Assembly: GCA_963826935.1 (NCBI GenBank)
Contig: CAWGYH010000005.1
Location: 704,608 to 768,607, forward strand
DNA from: an uncultured Chlamydiales bacterium
GTDB taxonomy: Bacteria > Chlamydiota > Chlamydiia > Chlamydiales > FEN-1388
Direction: 5' to 3'
Length of the DNA stretch: 64,000 nucleotides
Under the pieces are notes generated by a model, which saw only the letters and a list, made by a program, of their open reading frames with translations, had not been told where the DNA came from and did no database searches. Made by a program: the position numbers and the translations under genes. Below, piece after piece: positions 47,903 to 58,140 of the stretch; positions within the stretch are counted from its first letter, which is position 1; each line of letters begins with the position of its first letter.

Positions 47903-49294
47903 GTGTTAAAACCATCTTTTTTTGATAATATACAGGCTATGAGCGTAAATTTTCCTCCAGTTACCCCAGGTCTCTTGCGAAGAGAGTGGGACCGCTATAT
48001 GAAAGATAGGTATGATCCTGAGGTTGCACGAAATGTCCTACGTGCGGCAACGACAATTGTGATGGATGCAACACGAGGGAAGCTGTGCGCTATTTCTAAT
48101 GAGTGTTATAGAGTATTGTATAGGCAGCTTGAGCTTGATGTTCCAAGTATGCGTGCAATTCCCAGAACATTTCTGCTTGATTTTGGAAGCGTAAAGCCCT
48201 CCCTGGTTGCCGCCGTTTTGTATAGTAGCGCCTTGTTTTTTTCCTCGCCCGAAGTTCGCTCGCTCTTTGCCGGGGCGGTTTTGGCATTTGGTCTTATTGC
48301 CATGCAAAACTACCGGAACTCATTTGAACTTGACTTTCCCTCTGTTACAGCTCTTGGCAATAGGGTGGATGGCCGAGCTCATGACGCGCGCAGTCGGACA
48401 GAGGAACATATACGGTTAAGTCTTGAAAAACAGTTTCAGCGCGCTCAAGCGCATCTTGAGGGTGAAACAGGTACTGCGCTCTACACTGCCGCTCGGCCTA
48501 TACCTCATCTACTCCATGAACAGATACGAAAGCAGCAAGATACTCCACTTTATGGTATGAGCAGTTTTCTTGGCAGCGATGCATTCTATATTGAACAAGT
48601 TACTATAGAAACTCCAAAAGAAGATTTATGCATTTCTATCTTTGGCCTCGTGCAGGGCACAAGCAGCCTCGAGGTGCAACAATTTTTCTATACCCATTTT
48701 GTAGAGGTGCTGCGAACAAAGCTAAAAGAGCATAACTATGAGATGTGGAATGCGCTAAAATGTACCTTTGTCGATCTTAAAATAAAAGAACTAGCTACTG
48801 CGACGATAGCTCTCTTTATTCGCGATGCACTATGGGTGGCAAATCTGGGCGATGCAAAGGTTTTTCTTACATCTCCTACTAATACAGTCGCACTAACAGA
48901 TGAGATAGCATGTGGAACCTATGAACAGCCGACAGCCTTTACCCGCTCTATCATCAAGCGAGGGGGCGTTATTTCACCAGATGGGTTGCTTGGGGGCATC
49001 CTGCCCACAGCCCGCGCGTTAGGTGAAAAAAATATACCCGGCCTTTCTAGTCGGCCAAAGATTATCCGCTATGATCTTTCGAATCTTGAACCAAAAACTG
49101 ACCTTGTTATAGCCTCAAAAGGTGTTTTTGCTAATGGCGCCTGTTCCGTAAAACAGGTAGCTGCAAAAGTAGAAGCCTTTAAAGATGAGCCTCTTTCGGA
49201 GATCGCAACGCAGCTTGTTGGGGCCCCTTATGATACAGGCTTTTATGGTAGCGCATCGGCCATTATCGTGAGGCTACCTGATTTAACCGGATAG
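47903..49294 (+). CDS. PP2C-family protein phosphatase with membrane-associated N-terminal region
   Basis: ATATIALFIRDALWVANLGDAKVFL (GDS/A motif region), DLVIASKGVF and GSASAIIVRL. Hydrophobic segments lie near residues 95-130. Confidence 0.6.
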   Translation: MLKPSFFDNIQAMSVNFPPVTPGLLRREWDRYMKDRYDPEVARNVLRAATTIVMDATRGKLCAISNECYRVLYRQLELDVPSMRAIPRTFLLDFGSVKPSLVAAVLYSSALFFSSPEVRSLFAGAVLAFGLIAMQNYRNSFELDFPSVTALGNRVDGRAHDARSRTEEHIRLSLEKQFQRAQAHLEGETGTALYTAARPIPHLLHEQIRKQQDTPLYGMSSFLGSDAFYIEQVTIETPKEDLCISIFGLVQGTSSLEVQQFFYTHFVEVLRTKLKEHNYEMWNALKCTFVDLKIKELATATIALFIRDALWVANLGDAKVFLTSPTNTVALTDEIACGTYEQPTAFTRSIIKRGGVISPDGLLGGILPTARALGEKNIPGLSSRPKIIRYDLSNLEPKTDLVIASKGVFANGACSVKQVAAKVEAFKDEPLSEIATQLVGAPYDTGFYGSASAIIVRLPDLTG

Positions 49295-49308
49295 GCAAGG
49301 TAGAATCT

Positions 49309-51345
49309 TTAGTACCAGCGCTTTTCAGGTGCTTGTACATTGGCTAGCAGGAATTCGGGGGTTTGGGAGTTGATCGTGAAGCCGATTTTGTGGGCTTGGG
49401 CGGCCTTGGCGAGGGCAAGAAGCTGTACTTTTCCTGCGTCCCGGTTTATTTGGGTCCACCAATTTTCCTGCGGGCCAAAGGGGCCTACCGTGTAAAACTC
49501 TTCAAGTGAGCTGATTTTTTGTAGTGCGGCAAGCCACGCTTCAGGGTCGTATTCCTCGGCAAGATAGGGCAAGAAGGTGATTTTGCGCACATGTTTGTGA
49601 GGTGCTGCTCCGATATCAGCAAGAGTTACGACGCCTTTAAGTGAGAGCTCTCTAAGTGATGGCGTATGCTCTAAAACGCATAAGGGTTCACGCTTTTCGC
49701 TTGTAGTAAGAGTCAGTTGTAGTGTTGTGAGGTTGCGAAGCGCGGGCAGACGAGGGGCAAGAGTTTTAGCCCAATGTGAGTGGCCATAAACCACGAGTTC
49801 CTCAAGGCCTTCCGGCAGGGTAGAAAGATCAAATTCAGCTTTGTCATGGGTTGAGAATGATACTCTTTTTAACGTAGCCGGAAATGGTGAGGTATGCTTC
49901 TGGTCGCCTTCTAGATATACCTTAAGTCTTTCAAGGGCAGGAGGAAGCGGCTGAACCATTGGGACTTCTGGAGCAAGTGAGGAAATCTTGAGGTTTTTTA
50001 GCTGCGATGCTCCTTGCAATGATGCAACACTGCTTAGCTCAGTGCTGACATAGAGTTTTTCTAAGCGAGTGAGCAGAGGTATAAGAGGATCTACATCCGC
50101 ATCAGATCGCCACTTATTTTGTTGTGTAGTTAAAGTAATTTTTGTAATTGGCAAATCGCCTGTAATTTGAGCACGAACAGCCTCTGGCAGCTTTGGAAAG
50201 TCTACCGAAAGTTCAAATGTATAGCCGTTGGCCTGTCGCATAAGCTGAACGAATGTATCGGTTGATTTTTCTTCATCATAGCAGGTAAGCGTGATGTGGC
50301 GTTGATCTACTTCTACTCTCCACGAAAAAGGTCTGAGCCAGTAGGTGAGGATTGAGCCCATCAGCTCATCGGCCTTCAGTTTCTTTTCTCCTTTTGTGAG
50401 TAAAAAGACTGCAGCGGTTATCTTGCCACAAAGAATTCTGAGTGCGTCAAGAGCATCGGAGCGAACATGTGGCTGCATGACGGTATAAAAGTCCTCGTGG
50501 GAAAGGATGCAGTACTTGAGTGCGAGCCCGCGACTCTCTGCATCTGGAATATGCTTTTGCAACCAAGCGACAACGCTATCTATTGAATTTGTCTTTGCAT
50601 AGTGCTCCTGAGCCCTACTCGAGCCTGCCAAAAGGCAAGAAAGCGGGTATGTTTCGCCGTCGATTGTAATATTTTTTGTAAGCGTATCAGGAGAGGGTCT
50701 TGCCGCAACGACAGCGCACAATTGAGAGCCATTAAGCGGCAAGGCTCCTTCAACTTCGAGGCCATAGTGTCCATCATGCGTTGATTCATAGTTAAGAGCT
50801 TCCCAGAAAATATCTTGGAGTTCATTTTTTTTAGCTGACGGTGTGCTTAGCGCCTCTAGCAATTGGGGAGAAATCTTCTTGGGAAGCTCGTGAGGGCGCT
50901 CATCTTGGCATTTTACGCCATAATAGAAGCGAGCAAAGTGCTGTGAGGGGTTTACGTATGCAATGCCTGCTGCCATCACAAGCGCTGGAAGAAAACTTGC
51001 GAGAAGCGCTCGTTTACTATCTTCATGAAGATCTGCCCATCTTTGAACCCTACTCCATTTATCTTTATGTTGGAAAAGTGATATTGCACGCTTAAATACC
51101 TGCCAATGTTCAGGATCTGGTTCGTCGTGCTGCATCGCCTGTCTGAACGCTTCGGCAAACCAGGAAGCCACTTCTGCCCGTTCTTCTTCAAAAAGTTGAT
51201 AGCAGTTAAAACAGTTATGCACGCTGTAGGTGCCTGCTCTACAAATTGTATTAAATACATAATCACGATCAAATTCGGGACCTGCTAATGGATTCATAGG
51301 TATGGGCTCTTTTTTTTGCAGATATTGTGGCATCTGCAATGGCAA
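49309..51345 (-). CDS. leucine-rich-repeat protein
   Basis: The C-terminal ~250 aa have periodic L-rich units (LEKLYVS, LKNLKISS, LERLKVYL, LKRVSFS, LEELVVYG, LRNLTTLQLTL, LRELSLKG). The N-terminal ~400 aa are unassigned. Confidence 0.55.
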   Translation of the reverse strand: MPLQMPQYLQKKEPIPMNPLAGPEFDRDYVFNTICRAGTYSVHNCFNCYQLFEEERAEVASWFAEAFRQAMQHDEPDPEHWQVFKRAISLFQHKDKWSRVQRWADLHEDSKRALLASFLPALVMAAGIAYVNPSQHFARFYYGVKCQDERPHELPKKISPQLLEALSTPSAKKNELQDIFWEALNYESTHDGHYGLEVEGALPLNGSQLCAVVAARPSPDTLTKNITIDGETYPLSCLLAGSSRAQEHYAKTNSIDSVVAWLQKHIPDAESRGLALKYCILSHEDFYTVMQPHVRSDALDALRILCGKITAAVFLLTKGEKKLKADELMGSILTYWLRPFSWRVEVDQRHITLTCYDEEKSTDTFVQLMRQANGYTFELSVDFPKLPEAVRAQITGDLPITKITLTTQQNKWRSDADVDPLIPLLTRLEKLYVSTELSSVASLQGASQLKNLKISSLAPEVPMVQPLPPALERLKVYLEGDQKHTSPFPATLKRVSFSTHDKAEFDLSTLPEGLEELVVYGHSHWAKTLAPRLPALRNLTTLQLTLTTSEKREPLCVLEHTPSLRELSLKGVVTLADIGAAPHKHVRKITFLPYLAEEYDPEAWLAALQKISSLEEFYTVGPFGPQENWWTQINRDAGKVQLLALAKAAQAHKIGFTINSQTPEFLLANVQAPEKRWY

Positions 51346-51528
51346 TTTACAAGAGAATTCGCTTTTATCCCTTTACTGAAATACTCTTCCTTGAAAAAAT
51401 ACACTGCTTTAAATAAGGAACCTTTTTCTTGCCTCACAGGAGGCTTCCTGCATTACCGGATCCCTCTATTTAATCGACGGCGGCCTTACTGCCTATTGAC
51501 TTGCCACCTCTCAATCATTGGCAATAAA

Positions 51529-51815
51529 TTTTCGAAGAAAACGTTGTCGACCCCCCCCCCTAAATTTTGCTCCATTTGCCGAGGTGGTCCTACGTAGAGG
51601 ATGTGAAAAAATACGTTTTCTTCGACCGTAGGTCTTTGGAGTGCTGCGATTCTTCGCAGCTTTTACTCCGACCACATACCTTTACTTCTTTACCGCCCAA
51701 GCATACAAAACAGTTCTACATGAATCTGTAGAGGTGCTTTGTGAGCCTTAAGCGATTTCACGATTAAGGTGTGTGCAGAACTTAAAGCGGCGAAGAATCG
51801 CCGCACTCCAAAGAC
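51529..51815. repeat. palindromic repeat family B, copy B (right arm cut by IS insertion)
   Basis: Colinear with copy A from ttttcgaagaaaacgttgtcga to ccgcactccaaagac. Contains a C10 run (51551..51560) where copy A has atccttccccc. Confidence 0.75.
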
Positions 51816-52123
51816 GGTCCGGAGTAGGCACATCCTTTACACTTTAGGGAAGGCACATCATTTACACTTTCAGGTATAATATCTTTTTTAATGAAGGGAT
51901 GTTCATGGCATGGAAGGAAGTACAGGTTTTGGAACAAAGAAAATTATTTATCAAGTTATATATTGAAGATAAATTAGATATGGCTACACTTTGTAATCAA
52001 TTTGGAATTAGCAGGCCAAGTGGTTATAAATGGGTAGAAAGATATGAGAAAGAAGGGTTCGAAGGGTTGGCTGATAGGAGCAGGGCTCCTATAAATCAAG
52101 CGCTAGCAATCGATCCTGTTCTT
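51816..52123 (+). mobile_element. 5'-terminal 308 bp of a second IS481-family copy (truncated)
   Basis: TIR ggtccggagtaggcacatcctttacactttagggaaggcacatcatttacacttt plus the first ~75 codons of the transposase, nearly identical to 39120..40313. Similarity stops at ..AIDPVL (52123); the listed ORF 51899..52189 then runs into unrelated sequence. Confidence 0.85.
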
Positions 52124-52124
52124 A

Positions 52125-52169
52125 AAACGGGGTCAGGCCGAAACGAAACGGGGTCAGAAACGGGGTCAG
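52125..52169 (+). repeat. three direct copies of AAACGGGGTCAG
   Basis: Copies at 52125..52136, 52146..52157 and 52158..52169. Inverted degenerate copies at 52373..52394 and 53309..53326. Confidence 0.8.
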
Positions 52170-52547
52170 GCCGGACAATGGGACATTAGCTTTTACTACT
52201 ATTCGCCTTTCTCGGTAGCGTGTCCGTGGATTTGTCATTGAAAACACAGAATCAGATGGAGGACAATAGTGGCCCGTAGAAAACGATATCACCTGCCAGG
52301 TGCAACTTTCATGTAATGCTTTGCGGGAATGCTGCAGAGCAAATATTTTTTATGTCCTGTTGCCCCCCCCCCCTGACCCCATTTGATCCCGTTTCCTCGA
52401 TCCTCTGTTCACAAGGATCTTATAGAAAACCCTGCTAGAATGTTAGCGCTCGTCGATTCTGTTTGCTAAAAAATGCACAAAAGTGAAATATAGATGCCAT
52501 CCCATAATTGGATAAAATAATTTACCAATAAAGATATATGAGGTCAT

Positions 52548-53135
52548 ATGGTCGACAATTTAAAAGAAATAGAATTCTATACCGATGAGTTAGCAAAAAA
52601 TATATACAGGACACACGAGTCAATAAACTGTTTGAAGGAGATTATAGAATTTGCTAATCATCCAATAGGTAAGCGATGCTACGGTAGCATAGTAGATCAT
52701 TTGTATAGAATTCATTTTGATACTCTTTATTTACAGATATGCAAATTTTTTGACGAAGACGATAAAGCTTTAAGTTTTTACTATGTCTTGAACCTCAGTA
52801 ATACAAAAGAACTATTGAAAAAGTATAAAAACACACAACTACTAGCCAAAATTAAGGCTTGGCGGAACAAAGTTGTGGCCCATTTAGACCGGGAGTACAG
52901 TCACCCAGTGAAACGACAGGAGTTTTATGAGAGCAACAAAACTCATTTAGACGAGATTATTTCATTTGTTAATGGGCTTCAGACATTGATTAATGAAATT
53001 TTGGAAATTATAGGATCTAATTTATCAATTTTTGGACTATGGGATAGTCCTACTCACTATCAGTTGCGTGACATGTTTGAGGGCCTTAAAGACAATTCCA
53101 ACGCTACTGCTTTTGACGTTGATCTCCAAGAATGA
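52548..53135 (+). CDS. HEPN-like (Rx4-6H motif) protein, abortive-infection type
   Basis: 195-aa, predicted all-helical, AT-rich gene. AWRNKVVAHLD gives R-x5-H at about residue 105-111, the position and context (RNK..AH.D) seen in Abi-type HEPN families. Followed by the hairpin tgatcggggcc-ggct-ggccccgatca (53179..53204). Confidence 0.4.
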   Translation: MVDNLKEIEFYTDELAKNIYRTHESINCLKEIIEFANHPIGKRCYGSIVDHLYRIHFDTLYLQICKFFDEDDKALSFYYVLNLSNTKELLKKYKNTQLLAKIKAWRNKVVAHLDREYSHPVKRQEFYESNKTHLDEIISFVNGLQTLINEILEIIGSNLSIFGLWDSPTHYQLRDMFEGLKDNSNATAFDVDLQE

Positions 53136-53474
53136 CTAACAACCGCTGCACGCGTAGTCTGTTCCCCATGATTGGCTGATCGGGGCCGGCTGGCCCCGAT
53201 CACCACCTTGACTTTAATGGGCCCACTTCATAAACTTAATGATTAAAAAAAAGGTCAGGCCTCATAGTACCATAGTTGCAAACTGAAAAAAGGGTCAAAA
53301 AAACGAACTCCCGTTTGACCCCGTTTAAAAAAATACTGCGGCGGCTTGTCATAGGATAAAGTCCCGTAGCCGAAGTAAGTTGGTATGGATTGTGTGTAGT
53401 AAATTCAATTTAACTTAGAGGGGATTGTGCCAGTAAATATTACACAAAATGAACTTATAACGGATGATTAGTCT

Positions 53475-56105
53475 ATGAAGCCACAAAGCGCTCATTATGC
53501 CAATACTCAAAGGCAATCTTTAAGTGCACATCTTTTTGCTGTTGGACATGTCGCAGAATTGTTAATAAAACGACTAATGCCAGAAATAAAACCTTTAGCT
53601 GATGCCGCATTTATTGCTGGTTGTTTACATGACCTTGGAAAAATTGATTCTCATTTTCAGACTTGGGTAATAAATCCTAAACAAAAGAATTTTATTGCGG
53701 AAGATGGACAACATATTGATGAAAAGTTTAGCTTTGAAAAACATCCAAGGCATAATGAGCTTTCTTTATTGCTGTACAATCTTTTGAATCAGCCAGAAAA
53801 CAAAACCATTAATAGCCAAAATAAACAATCAATAGAGCATTGTATATATTGGCACCATGCCAAACCGTTCCGGAAAGACAAAGACTATGTAACCCTCAGT
53901 GATATATATTCAAACTTTTGTAACAATATTAAGGGGCAAGATTGGGAAAATTTCAGTAAAAGTGCATTTACCTGTATCCAGGAAATCTCGGAGATAGACT
54001 TACGGTACCGAGCATCTGAAGTGTCAATTTTAACCAAATTGATCCCTAAAGATTTAGTGATAGATAACGACAAAGTGAACGACTTAAACAAAACTTTATT
54101 GCCGGCATATAAAGAGTACAATAATCAAATTGAAAATATCGAAGAATATGTACGCCATATTAAAAAAAATGCAATAAATAATATTTTGCGAGCTGCTCTG
54201 ATTACAGCTGATCGCATAATTTCTTCTTTAGATGCTGAAGTATTGTTGAAACATATCGCTCATCGAACATTAGATGAGATAGTTTGTGAGGAATTGAAAA
54301 ATGAATCGATGCTGTCCGAGCATATACAACAATGCTTAAATTATTTTGAGCATAAATACCCTATTAGTGAGCGCAATTTAGAGCAAAAAGCTGCTGCAGA
54401 ACGCCTTCAAGGAGTGAGTAATGTTGGCGTTTTAGCCGGTGCTGCCGGCTGTGGTAAAACTAAAATTGCTTTAGAGTGGGCGAAGTTGAAAAAAGCGAAT
54501 AAAATTATATGGATTTGCCCTCGCGTTCAGGTATGTCAGGGTATCTTTAATGATCTTATTTCAGAAGCTTATTTGCCGAATGCGAAAGTGGAAATAAACA
54601 CTGGTGAATTCAAATTTACAAATAGCTGGGAAAGTCCTACCGATGAAGGTGCATATTTTTCGGGCGATGTGGTTATTACAACGATTGATCAAGTGTTGGG
54701 TAATATTATTACCCACAAAAATGTAACGGGGTTGATCGACTATTTAAATGCACATGTCATTTTTGATGAATATCACGAATACATAAATATGCCAGCATTT
54801 AATTTATTGTTTGCTGAATTGGTGCAGTGTAAAAAAGAATTAGATAGCGGTGCCAATATATTATTGGTCTCTGCAACACCAAATTACTATTTTACTAAAA
54901 ATTTTCTTAAAATAGATGATTTTAATATTATTAAAATGCCATCTTTTAATAAAAGCGAATACAAAATTAATTTTGTCGAATATGATGAAACATTAGAGGA
55001 TGATAGTAATCCATTGTATAAGGCTCAAGCAGGAGTGGTATTTGTCATTAGTAATACGGCAACTACGGCCCAAAAAAGCTTTATTCGAAATCATACTGTA
55101 GAAAATGCAGTATTACTGCATTCAAAATATAAAAAAAGTGACAAAAAGAATTGGTTTAACGAAGTGTTCGAATCATTTAAAAATGATGGCACGCGTAAAT
55201 TTGACGTGTTGCGCAGTGGGCCGATTGTTCAAGCCTCTTTAAATATCAGTTGCGACCACATGATTACTGAATTAACCAATGCCGAAAACTGCTTGCAGCG
55301 ATTGGGGCGATTGGATCGATTTGGGGTAAACAAAAAAACCAATCTCTTAAAAATTACTATTCCTGAAAGTTTACATGACGGTAAGGGCAGTGGGGCTGCA
55401 GCAAGGTATTTATCCCGACTGTACATATTCAATTCGTCGCGAGCATGGTATGATTTTTTGCGATGTAAACTTTCTGATAACTCTTTCAAACTGCCAGAAA
55501 TCTACCAGTTGTATGAAGAGTTTTATAATCTAGATAATACCATTAAAAAGATCGAAAGCGATTTGTTAAGTGCCTTGAAAAAAAGCGTAGTTGTCATTAA
55601 GGATAAAGTTATTGATCCGATTGCGATTCCTTCTAAAAAATCCCAAAAAATTGGAGTTTTAAAAATAAGTAAAAATTCTTTACGAGGAGGCAATCGATTT
55701 GTGCAAATGGCTGTCTGCGAGGTTAACGCAGAAAACAAGCTAAATTTCATTGAACAATACGCATATTCTTTTATCGAAAGTGAAACAGTGGACAATTTGA
55801 CTGCTTCGATTGAAAAAATTCAAGGGTATGGTGATAGTAATAATAATCTATTAGCACATATGGCAAAGAAACATCACAATATGATTGATGGCGCTAAGAA
55901 AGCTTATAAAGACATCGTCTTGCTTACTCAAGCATTGTCGCCAGAGTTTCCAATTTATTTAAGCTATACACCTTCTGATTTAGCTAAAGTAGGTGGAGAG
56001 TCTAGTCGCCATTCCGAGGCGATGTATTATGTGGTTACCGACAAGCAACCTGTTGGAGCGATGTCGGTGAAATATTTATTTAATAATGGAGTATATAATG
56101 AATAA
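53475..56105 (+). CDS. cas3: Cas3 HD-nuclease/helicase, not fused to Cas2
   Basis: The N-terminal HD domain starts within 20 aa of the start ([29 protein letters not shown]). Helicase motif [12 protein letters not shown], motif [10 protein letters not shown], motif III VSATP. 876 aa, with no Cas2-like N-terminal extension. Confidence 0.85.
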   Translation: MKPQSAHYANTQRQSLSAHLFAVGHVAELLIKRLMPEIKPLADAAFIAGCLHDLGKIDSHFQTWVINPKQKNFIAEDGQHIDEKFSFEKHPRHNELSLLLYNLLNQPENKTINSQNKQSIEHCIYWHHAKPFRKDKDYVTLSDIYSNFCNNIKGQDWENFSKSAFTCIQEISEIDLRYRASEVSILTKLIPKDLVIDNDKVNDLNKTLLPAYKEYNNQIENIEEYVRHIKKNAINNILRAALITADRIISSLDAEVLLKHIAHRTLDEIVCEELKNESMLSEHIQQCLNYFEHKYPISERNLEQKAAAERLQGVSNVGVLAGAAGCGKTKIALEWAKLKKANKIIWICPRVQVCQGIFNDLISEAYLPNAKVEINTGEFKFTNSWESPTDEGAYFSGDVVITTIDQVLGNIITHKNVTGLIDYLNAHVIFDEYHEYINMPAFNLLFAELVQCKKELDSGANILLVSATPNYYFTKNFLKIDDFNIIKMPSFNKSEYKINFVEYDETLEDDSNPLYKAQAGVVFVISNTATTAQKSFIRNHTVENAVLLHSKYKKSDKKNWFNEVFESFKNDGTRKFDVLRSGPIVQASLNISCDHMITELTNAENCLQRLGRLDRFGVNKKTNLLKITIPESLHDGKGSGAAARYLSRLYIFNSSRAWYDFLRCKLSDNSFKLPEIYQLYEEFYNLDNTIKKIESDLLSALKKSVVVIKDKVIDPIAIPSKKSQKIGVLKISKNSLRGGNRFVQMAVCEVNAENKLNFIEQYAYSFIESETVDNLTASIEKIQGYGDSNNNLLAHMAKKHHNMIDGAKKAYKDIVLLTQALSPEFPIYLSYTPSDLAKVGGESSRHSEAMYYVVTDKQPVGAMSVKYLFNNGVYNE

Positions 56106-57081
56106 GGTTACAGGTATTAAGAGTGTTGATTTTAAAATCGTTTCTCGAGGATATGGCGTAGTGAATTGGAACGGGCCCACAACCTTGGTAGGCGATGACG
56201 GTAAAAATGTGGATAACCATACTTTGCCCAAACTGCGCGGTTACAGCAATTTATCCGGTAAAGTAAAGGACGAGAATGGCTACAAATATAAAAAACAAGC
56301 TACTGATATAAATTTCAAAGAAACACCATTATATATTAGTCAAAATTGTATTCGTCATCATTTATTCCGCGATCAAACTTTTGATTTGCATTTTGCTGGG
56401 AAAAAAAATTTAGGGCTTGTGTTGGCTTCAATTACAGGATTGGTTCGTGGTTTTGTGGTGCCCGAGAGCCAATGCAAACGGACAAGTCCATTATTGCTAG
56501 AGGATTTTGTTGATCAGTTGGGTAATGGCAATTTTGAGCAAATGGGACGCTCTGGCTCTAAAGCAAAAGGTACAGATGAAGAAGGTAAAGCAATTGCAAG
56601 TAATTCTTTTTTTTCAAAAACCACTTTCGGTGAAACAGAGTACATCTCTTATGGTTCGATAAGCATTGAGCAACTGCAATTCATTTCTCTAGATAAAAAA
56701 TTCGATCGCGCGGCCATGATTATTGATGACAGTCAGGGTGAAGTGGTTGCTAAAGCTGTGCAAGATTTTATCCAACAACTTGACCCAAAACGTAACCCGA
56801 AAATTACTTTTCATAACAACTATGTTCGTAAAGGCACGATTTTTGAAGAAGGTGAGGTGGGACTTTTATTAGACGATGAAGCTGTCGATATTGTTGTTAA
56901 TGAAACTTTACGAATGATCAAAGAGCTTAATATCCGACAAGCTAAAGGCTATATGTACGTGCACACAATTGAGGAAGACTACAATGATAGTCACAAAATG
57001 ATGCGCATTAAACACTTTCCAAACGAAATAGAGCAAAAATCGGATAAATCTTATGCTGTCTATTTTTATGCAAAATCATAG
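56098..57081 (+). CDS. cas7fv: Cascade backbone subunit, Cas7fv-like (assignment by position and size)
   Basis: First of only two genes between cas3 and cas6f. About 327 aa. Start ATG 56098 (ggag 6 nt upstream) overlaps the cas3 stop. Gene order matches the Cas8-less type I-F variant (cas3-cas7fv-cas5fv-cas6f). No family motif could be verified by eye. Confidence 0.55.
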   Translation: MNKVTGIKSVDFKIVSRGYGVVNWNGPTTLVGDDGKNVDNHTLPKLRGYSNLSGKVKDENGYKYKKQATDINFKETPLYISQNCIRHHLFRDQTFDLHFAGKKNLGLVLASITGLVRGFVVPESQCKRTSPLLLEDFVDQLGNGNFEQMGRSGSKAKGTDEEGKAIASNSFFSKTTFGETEYISYGSISIEQLQFISLDKKFDRAAMIIDDSQGEVVAKAVQDFIQQLDPKRNPKITFHNNYVRKGTIFEEGEVGLLLDDEAVDIVVNETLRMIKELNIRQAKGYMYVHTIEEDYNDSHKMMRIKHFPNEIEQKSDKSYAVYFYAKS

Positions 57082-58140
57082 GTGATAATTATGACATTGC
57101 ATATTCGTGTGAAATATGAAGCTTCTTGGAGAAATTCGTTTTTGGAGGGTTCGAATGACGAACCTTTGCCTAAAAGCGGAAGAAGTTTTGTTGGTTCTAT
57201 GACTAGTCTTAAGGAGGATGGGAATTTTAAACAACGAGAAGTAAGCAAAAATACAGTAATGGGAATCTTATGTCGTTTGATTGGTGATCAACGTAAATTA
57301 TATCAAGCAAGGAAAGAAGCAAATTACTACTTTGCTGACATGGAGGACAAAATTTATTTTCAAGATGTAACATCTAAACAAATAAAAAATAGTGAGCTGG
57401 TTTATGTTAGAAATATATCAGGTAGTACAGATCAAAATTCTTTTACAGGAATGATTAAAGCAAATGACGCAGCCTTTACCTCTGGTTTTTCACAAGAGCT
57501 ATGGGCTGTTTTATTTCTTGAACTGGATGAATTATTTGAGTTTATTCAAAACAAAGAAAAGCGAGTTAGTAATAAAGAAATATTTAATCCATTAGGTGTA
57601 GTTGATCAGTTGGAAAAAATCAACAAAATGAAGTCAATTGAGGTTGTCGATGGTGTAGGATCAGCACTTCAATCATTAGAAGGAAAATTTTCTATAGGCG
57701 ATGACGCTGTTTCGTATACATTAGACAACAAAGGGCGCATTAAGCCTATTGTATTTTACACTTCAGCTTTGTATCTTCAGATTGAGCGACTAAGCAAAGA
57801 TAATGATCTAAGTGAAATTCTCACTAAAAAGGGTGGTCTTAGCGGCATTTCTAAAAGAGGATTCACAAAGAAAGATTTTATGGATCGATATACAACGGGA
57901 AAAAAGAAATTGATTTTCGGTAATCCGTACCTTTTAAAAGAAAGAATAAAAGGACAGGGTGAACTGACTTCAATACTGACTAAGGCCTCTGGTGTCTTAG
58001 AGATCCAAATTGACATTCCCAGGGTGAAGGCCGATGAATTAAAATACATGATCGAATGTGCAGGGGTGTCCAGTTTTTATTTGGGGAAAAAGGGCTTGGC
58101 CTATGTTGATAATATACACTTTATTGAGAGTTGCATATGA
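57082..58140 (+). CDS. cas5fv: Cas5-like Cascade subunit, Cas5fv-like
   Basis: The N-terminal region LHIRVKYEASWRNSF...NTVMGILCRLIGDQRKL resembles the Cas5 signature (beta-strand, then ..s.i.GlL.a.lG..r). GTG 57082 or ATG 57091 abuts the cas7fv stop. The gene's stop overlaps the cas6f start (ATGA). Confidence 0.6.
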   Translation: MIIMTLHIRVKYEASWRNSFLEGSNDEPLPKSGRSFVGSMTSLKEDGNFKQREVSKNTVMGILCRLIGDQRKLYQARKEANYYFADMEDKIYFQDVTSKQIKNSELVYVRNISGSTDQNSFTGMIKANDAAFTSGFSQELWAVLFLELDELFEFIQNKEKRVSNKEIFNPLGVVDQLEKINKMKSIEVVDGVGSALQSLEGKFSIGDDAVSYTLDNKGRIKPIVFYTSALYLQIERLSKDNDLSEILTKKGGLSGISKRGFTKKDFMDRYTTGKKKLIFGNPYLLKERIKGQGELTSILTKASGVLEIQIDIPRVKADELKYMIECAGVSSFYLGKKGLAYVDNIHFIESCI

